NCBI GenBank assembly: GCA_039591655.1
Contig: JBDHDE010000066.1
Span: 1 to 12,847 of the forward strand
DNA length: 12,847 nucleotides
Source: Gemmatimonadota bacterium
Lineage (GTDB): Bacteria; Gemmatimonadota; Gemmatimonadetes; Gemmatimonadales; GWC2-71-9
Direction of reading: 5' to 3'
Below are positions 7,892 through 12,847 of the stretch, piece after piece. The translations under genes were made by a program, and so were the position numbers. The first letter of the stretch is position 1, and every line of letters starts with the position of its first letter. The notes beneath the pieces are model-generated. The model saw nothing but the letters and a program-made list of their open reading frames with translations, was not told where the DNA came from and did no database searches.

Positions 7892-10800
7892 TCAGTCCTC
7901 TGCTTCCCTATCGCACCGTATGCAGCGTTTGGCCTCTGCCACGGCCATCTCCCGGTTGAAGCCCAGTTGGACCTGTTTGAAGGCTCCGGCGCGTTCCGCG
8001 ATTGGCAGCAGAGGCATTTGGGGCTTGTGGAGCTTCTCGATCTCCTCGTCCGTCAGCTCGACCGCCGCGACGTCCAGCGCCGGTCGGGTCACACGGTATT
8101 GTCGAGTGACGGGGTGGCCCTCGATGTAGTTGTGGATCATCTGGGCGGCGATCTTGCCGTGCGCCATGGCGTCCACGACGGTCGAAGGTCCGCTGACGAC
8201 GTCCCCGCCGGCGAAGAGCCCCTCGATTCCCGTATGGAAGGTCTCTGGATCGGCCTCTATCGTGCTCCAGCGGGTGATGTTTAGCCCGTTGCCATCTGCC
8301 AAGGGCCGCACGTCGGGTTCCTGGCCAATGGCCGGGATCAGGGTGTCGATCTCTACTGTGAACTCAGATCCGGCGATTGGAACGGGCCTTCGTCTGCCGC
8401 TCTTGTCGATGTCTCCCAGCTCCATCCTGATGCACTCCAGGCGCGTCAGTCTTCCATCGTCTGACAGCGCCCGTACCGGTGCTACCAGTACCTGAAGGTC
8501 GATGCCCTCCCGGTCGAGCTCCTCGACCTCCTCCTTGGCCGCCGGCATCTCTGCCCTGGTTCGCCTGTAGAGTATCCTGACCTCCTTGCCGAGGCGGCTG
8601 GCCACTCTAGCTGCGTCGACGGCGGCATCCCCTCCGCCAATCACGGCTACCTTCTGCCCGATCGTGATCTCGTGTCCGAGATTCACCGCACGCAGGAAAT
8701 CCACCGCATCGATGACCTGTGGGGAGTCCTCCCCGTCGATATTGAGTCTCAGACCCTTGTGGGCTCCTATGGCGATGAATACCGCGCGATACTGCTCCCT
8801 CAACTCGGACAGTTGGACGTCCCTGCCGACGGTAGTGTTGGTACGGATCTCCACGCCGACGTTGCGGATGGCGTCGATGTCATAGCGGAGGATGTCCTTG
8901 GGCAGCCTGTAGTCCGGGATGCCGGTGGCCAGCATGCCACCTGCGACCGGAAGCGACTCGAAGATGGTCACGCCATATCCTTCGAGGGCCAGATAGTAGG
9001 CGCACGTCAATCCGGCCGGCCCGGAGCCTACGATCGCGACGCTTGCGTCTCTCGGTGGCTTCGGCGGCGGTGTGAGCTGGAGGGCCTGCTCGCGCTCATG
9101 GTCGGCCAGAAACCGCTTGAGCGCCCTGATGGAGATTGCCTCTCCACCTCCTGCGCCGGACCGGCACTTGTCCTCACAAGGTGCCGTACAGACCCTGCCG
9201 CAGATAGCGGGGAGCGGGTTTTCTCGCCTGACGAGCTCCGCGGCCTCGTCGAACCGTCCCTGCGCGATCAGCCCGATGTAGCACGGCACGTCCTGGCCGA
9301 TGGGGCATGTGTGTTGGCACGGAGAGGAGATGATCCCCTTGCAGACAGCCGCCGGACATCTCTTGTGCTCTATGTGTGCCTCATACTCCTCTCTGAAGTG
9401 ACGCAGGGTGCTGAGCACGGGGTTCGGGAGGGTCTGTCCCAGTCCACACATGGAGGCGTCTCTTACGGCCTCTCCCAACTCCTCGAGGAGCGTCAGGTCC
9501 GTCTCTTCCCCTTCTCCGGCAGAGATCTTGTTGAGCAGCCCGAGCAGGACCTCCGAGCCTTCTCGGCAGGCAGTGCACTTGCCACACGATTCGTCATTGG
9601 TGAATTCGAGGAAGTACTTGGCGATATCGACTATGCAGGTATCGTCATCCATGACGACCATACCGCCCGAACCCATGATGGCGCCAACCTCGCTCAGACG
9701 CTCATAGTCGACGGGCATGTCGAGCAGGTGACCCGGAATGAAGCCGCCGGAGGGCCCCCCGGTCTGCACCGCCTTCAACCTCTTCCCGTGAGGGATGCCC
9801 CCGCCGATGTCGTAGATGATCTCCCGCAGGGTGATGCCCATCGGCACCTCGACCAGACCGGCGTTGTGGACGTTGCCTGCCAGGGAGAAGACCTTAGTCC
9901 CTTTTGAAGTATCGGTGCCGAGGGCCGAGAACCACTCGACCCCCCAGTTGATGATGGCCGGGACATTCGCCCAGGTCTCAACGTTGTTGATGCTCGTGGG
10001 GCTGCCCCAGAGGCCGGACTGGACGGGGAACGGAGGACGTACGCGCGGCTCAGGTGCTCTGCCTTCGATGGAAGCGATGAGCGACGTCTCCTCGCCACAT
10101 ACGAAGGCTCCGGCTCCCTGGAAGATCTCCAGGTCGAAGCCGAAGCCGGTACCGAGGATGTCCTCTCCCAGCAATCCGTATTCATACGCCTGTCTGGCAG
10201 CACCCTCCAGCCGCTCAATGGCCAGTGGGTACTCGATCCTCACGTAGACGTATCCCCTGGATGCTCCCATGGCGTATGCGCCGATTGCCATGCCCTCGAG
10301 GACGGAGTGGGGGTCGGCCTCGATGATGCTACGGTCCATGAAGGCTCCGGGGTCGCCCTCGTCGGCATTGCAGATGACGTATTTTGGTGCGCCTTCGGAG
10401 CCCCGGCACAGCTCCCATTTCAAGCCCGTCGGGAATCCGGCGCCGCCTCTGCCCCGGAGACCGGATCGCTTTACCGCTGCGATGACCTCCTCCGGTGTCA
10501 TGGAGGTCAGAGCCTTGGCCAGCGCCTTGTAGCCGTCCCTCGCGATGTACTCCTCGACCTTATCCGGATCGATCATGCCGCGATTCCGTAGAGCGACGAG
10601 TCTCTGATCCTTGAAGAACGGAATCGCCCGCAGTTCCGGGATCGGCGCCTCCTCCCCAGGAAGCGCGTACATCAGCGATGTGACCGGTCTTCCCTTCAGG
10701 AGGTGCTCCTCTACCAAGTGGGGGATGTCTTCCCTCTTGAGACGCTGGTAGAAGATCCCGTCAGGCTGGACTACCAGGATCGGACCTCTCACGCAGAGAC

Positions 10801-10945
10801 CGCTGGCTCCGGTGGGTACTACCAGGACATCGTCCTGCAAGCCGCGCCGGAGTATCTCGGCTTCCAGGGCGTTTTTGATCTGCAAGGAGCCGTTCGAGAT
10901 GCAGTTCGTGCAGGTGCATATCATCGCGTTGGCTCTATATGGCAT
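7892..10945 (-). CDS. NuoF/HydB-like NADH:FMN subunit fused to a GltD/NfnB-like FAD/NAD(P)H oxidoreductase domain
   Basis: N-terminal thioredoxin-like domain; [72 protein letters not shown]...[17 protein letters not shown]; then [78 protein letters not shown], terminal [17 protein letters not shown]. Confidence 0.93.
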   Translation of the reverse strand: MPYRANAMICTCTNCISNGSLQIKNALEAEILRRGLQDDVLVVPTGASGLCVRGPILVVQPDGIFYQRLKREDIPHLVEEHLLKGRPVTSLMYALPGEEAPIPELRAIPFFKDQRLVALRNRGMIDPDKVEEYIARDGYKALAKALTSMTPEEVIAAVKRSGLRGRGGAGFPTGLKWELCRGSEGAPKYVICNADEGDPGAFMDRSIIEADPHSVLEGMAIGAYAMGASRGYVYVRIEYPLAIERLEGAARQAYEYGLLGEDILGTGFGFDLEIFQGAGAFVCGEETSLIASIEGRAPEPRVRPPFPVQSGLWGSPTSINNVETWANVPAIINWGVEWFSALGTDTSKGTKVFSLAGNVHNAGLVEVPMGITLREIIYDIGGGIPHGKRLKAVQTGGPSGGFIPGHLLDMPVDYERLSEVGAIMGSGGMVVMDDDTCIVDIAKYFLEFTNDESCGKCTACREGSEVLLGLLNKISAGEGEETDLTLLEELGEAVRDASMCGLGQTLPNPVLSTLRHFREEYEAHIEHKRCPAAVCKGIISSPCQHTCPIGQDVPCYIGLIAQGRFDEAAELVRRENPLPAICGRVCTAPCEDKCRSGAGGGEAISIRALKRFLADHEREQALQLTPPPKPPRDASVAIVGSGPAGLTCAYYLALEGYGVTIFESLPVAGGMLATGIPDYRLPKDILRYDIDAIRNVGVEIRTNTTVGRDVQLSELREQYRAVFIAIGAHKGLRLNIDGEDSPQVIDAVDFLRAVNLGHEITIGQKVAVIGGGDAAVDAARVASRLGKEVRILYRRTRAEMPAAKEEVEELDREGIDLQVLVAPVRALSDDGRLTRLECIRMELGDIDKSGRRRPVPIAGSEFTVEIDTLIPAIGQEPDVRPLADGNGLNITRWSTIEADPETFHTGIEGLFAGGDVVSGPSTVVDAMAHGKIAAQMIHNYIEGHPVTRQYRVTRPALDVAAVELTDEEIEKLHKPQMPLLPIAERAGAFKQVQLGFNREMAVAEAKRCIRCDREAED

Positions 10946-10959
10946 CGCGCTACGTCTCC

Positions 10960-11346
10960 TTACAGGCTTCTCTCGCTGCCTGCTGCCAGCGCGTATTCCG
11001 CAACGATCTTGCCGCCAAGGACGTGCTCCACCAGAATTCTCCTGGCCTTCTCGGGAGTCAGGTCCACGTACTTCACTGCCGGCTCATCCTGCAACTCGAC
11101 TGTAATCATGGGCTCCCGGCTACAAAGACCGGCGCAACTGGAGATCGTCAGGACGACGTCCTCGGTCTTCCTGTCCTCTAGCTCGTCCATTAGCGCCTTC
11201 ATTACGGTCCTGGCGCCCGCGGCTATACCGCAGGTGCCCATGTGGACGACGACCTTGGCTCGTGCGACGCCTCCTTCCCGCATGAGCATCGTTCGCTTGA
11301 TCTTCTCGCCAATCCTGTCCAAGTCGCCAGGTTGGATCTTTGGCAT
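10960..11346 (-). CDS. Thioredoxin-like (2Fe-2S) ferredoxin-family subunit, HydD/HndB-like
   Basis: VVVHMGTCGIAAGAR...SSCAGLCSREP...YVDLTPEKARRILVEHVLGGKIV; lies between nuoE- and nuoF-like genes as in tetrameric hyd/hnd operons; GGAG RBS. Confidence 0.9.
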   Translation of the reverse strand: MPKIQPGDLDRIGEKIKRTMLMREGGVARAKVVVHMGTCGIAAGARTVMKALMDELEDRKTEDVVLTISSCAGLCSREPMITVELQDEPAVKYVDLTPEKARRILVEHVLGGKIVAEYALAAGSERSL

Positions 11347-11361
11347 CGTGCCACTCCGTGC

Positions 11362-12240
11362 CTATCTGTAGTCTCTGAGGAGCTCCGGAACCCCGGTCTC
11401 CCTCATATATCCGAAGACGTCCTCGTCGACCGTTACAACCGGTGACTGACCGCAGCAGCCCAAGCAGTTGACTAGCTCCAGGCCGAACTGCATGTCATTG
11501 GTTACTCCACCGACGTCGATGTTCAGGTGCTTTCGAGACGCCCTCAGGATCCTCTTTCCGCCCTTGACATAGCATGCCGTTCCCATGCAGACGCGGAGGA
11601 GATGCTTGCCCTTCGGAGTGAGGCTGAAGGCGTTGTAGAAGGTGGCCAACCGGTATGCCAGGCTGAGAGGAATGTCCAGCTCTTCCGAGAGATACCGGAC
11701 AGCGGCCTCCGGCAGGTAGTTGTAGAGCTCTTGTGCCTCCTGGAGGACAGGTACAATCGCTCCCCTGCGACCCCGGTACTTGTCTACGATCTGTCGGAGG
11801 CTGCCCAGTTCCTCTGGCAGCGGTTCAGCGGCGGGCCTTCCGGCCGGTTCGAGATAGGGCCTATTCCTGACGAGGCAGTGTTGGACACACTCTGCACATC
11901 CCGTGCACTTGTCTGGATCGACGAAGCGTGCCTTCTTCCTCACCCGCACCTTGAAGCCGCCGGCTGCTCCTTCGATGGACTCAACCTCGGAGTAGGTGAG
12001 CTTCTCGATATTGAGGTGGCCACCGCAGTCGACCATGCGCGGGGCGAGGGTGCACATGGCGCAGTCATTCGTCGGGAAGGTCTTGTCGAGCTGGGCCATG
12101 ACACCGCCGATCGAGGGGCCCTTCTCGACGAGATAGACCTTGTAGCCGGACTCGGCGAGGTCGATGGACGCCTGCATACCTCCCACTCCGCCGCCGACCA
12201 CTAGTACGGCGCCGATTTTCTGGCCGTTGTCGTTAGCCAT
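11362..12240 (-). CDS. Fusion of an HdrA N-terminal fragment (Rossmann FAD motif, DKTFPTNDCAMC, one [4Fe-4S] motif) to a NuoE/HydC [2Fe-2S] subunit, 292 aa
   Basis: ATG at 12240 with GGAGGA RBS, overlapping the hdrB end by 8 nt. AVLVVGGGVGGMQASIDLAESGYKVYLVEK, QLDKTFPTNDCAMC, RFVDPDKCTGCAECVQHC, Pro/Ala linker, then IVPVLQEAQELYNYLP, ATFYNAFSLTPKGKH, VCMGTACYVKG, VNCLGCCGQSP. Confidence 0.93.
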   Translation of the reverse strand: MANDNGQKIGAVLVVGGGVGGMQASIDLAESGYKVYLVEKGPSIGGVMAQLDKTFPTNDCAMCTLAPRMVDCGGHLNIEKLTYSEVESIEGAAGGFKVRVRKKARFVDPDKCTGCAECVQHCLVRNRPYLEPAGRPAAEPLPEELGSLRQIVDKYRGRRGAIVPVLQEAQELYNYLPEAAVRYLSEELDIPLSLAYRLATFYNAFSLTPKGKHLLRVCMGTACYVKGGKRILRASRKHLNIDVGGVTNDMQFGLELVNCLGCCGQSPVVTVDEDVFGYMRETGVPELLRDYR

Positions 12241-12847
12241 TGACCCGTCCTCCGACCTGCCACCCTCCGGCGGCGACGCCCGAGAGCAACTCGTCGGCAC
12301 TCACGAAGTGCCGTTGTATTCCCAGCCGGTCAGGTGGTATCCCGAGAGCCAGCCCAATGAGCTGGGTGAAGTGGAACACCGGCATGTGGTACTGTGACTC
12401 GTACCTCACCTCGATCTCTGCTTGCCGCGTGTCGAGATTCGCGTGACACAGCGGGCAGGCTGCGGCGATCGCGTTTGCACCGACTGCCTTGGCGTTTTCC
12501 AGGATGTCGTGCGTCAGCTTGAGCACCACGTCGGTCTCGGTGAGAGCAAACGCTCCGCCGCAGCACTCGGTCTTGTAGGACCAGTCCAGCGTTGCGATGC
12601 CCAGCGCCTGAAGCAGGCGATCCATGCTCATTGGGTACTCGCACTCGTCGAACTGCATGACCTCGGGTGGCCTCGTGAGCAGGCAGCCGTAATAGCAGAC
12701 GACCTTCAATTCGGGAAGCGCGGTGGTCACGGCGGTCCCCACATCCGACGTGTCGAAGATCTCCAGCGGGTGCAGCACCCTGACTTCGGTCGGGAGGGGA
12801 GCGTCGATGACCTGGGTGAGTTGGTTCCCGAGCTCGGGATCCGCAGC
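12233..12847 (-). CDS. hdrB: Heterodisulfide reductase subunit B (CCG-domain protein), 5'-truncated by the window edge
   Basis: Frame open from the right edge (AADPELGNQLTQVIDAPSPTEVRVLHPLE...). Motifs VVCYYGCLLTRP, DWSYKTECCGG, AACPLCHANLDTRQ, PVFHFTQLIGLALG. Confidence 0.92.
   Translation of the reverse strand, partial: AADPELGNQLTQVIDAPLPTEVRVLHPLEIFDTSDVGTAVTTALPELKVVCYYGCLLTRPPEVMQFDECEYPMSMDRLLQALGIATLDWSYKTECCGGAFALTETDVVLKLTHDILENAKAVGANAIAAACPLCHANLDTRQAEIEVRYESQYHMPVFHFTQLIGLALGIPPDRLGIQRHFVSADELLSGVAAGGWQVGGRVNG

Noticed and set aside
10960..11346. Only three Cys in the thioredoxin-like ferredoxin as a novelty
   Set aside because: The MGTCGIAAG...CxGxC three-Cys pattern is usual for HydD/HndB-like subunits.
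11362..12240. hdrA pseudogene or mobile-element disruption
   Set aside because: Both halves are in-frame fusions with intact motifs; no transposase, terminal repeats or frameshifts were seen.
7892..12240. Respiratory complex I or glutamate synthase operon
   Set aside because: No membrane or quinone-module nuo genes and no gltB in the window; the modules are fused into an Hdr context.
12241..12300. Longer start (12300) for the HdrA(N)-NuoE fusion
   Set aside because: It overlaps hdrB by 68 nt; ATG 12240 has a GGAGGA RBS and matches where HdrA similarity begins.
12776..12778. GTG start for a 181-aa HdrB
   Set aside because: The frame stays open to the window edge and the N-terminal CCG domain is missing, so the gene is truncated by the window.
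1..12847. CRISPR arrays, tRNA/rRNA, IS elements, intrinsic terminators
   Set aside because: None seen; the window is almost entirely coding with spacers under 80 nt.

Overview
GC-rich bacterial-type window holding one tightly packed minus-strand operon for an anaerobic flavin/Fe-S redox complex, truncated at both edges. Order of transcription (right to left): hdrB (5'-truncated); HdrA N-terminal fragment fused to NuoE/HydC; thioredoxin-like ferredoxin (HydD/HndB-like); NuoF/HydB fused to a GltD/NfnB-like NAD(P)H-FAD domain; DRTGG protein; CBS-pair/RsbT-like Ser/Thr kinase; second DRTGG protein; PHP phosphoesterase; stand-alone HATPase_c; NuoG/HydA-type N-terminal Fe-S domain fused to the rest of a double-FAD HdrA; mvhD; 65-aa hypothetical protein; membrane sensor histidine kinase with two CxxCH motifs (3'-truncated, absent from the ORF track). 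Main observation: a large hdrA appears split at its first ferredoxin motif, with about 7.4 kb of an [FeFe]-hydrogenase-type diaphorase and regulatory cassette between the halves. Both halves remain as in-frame fusions, and no hydrogenase or formate dehydrogenase catalytic domain is seen. This suggests an NAD(P)H-linked Hdr complex with several possible electron-bifurcation sites. All calls come from motif recognition by eye; no searches were run, so novelty is unverified.
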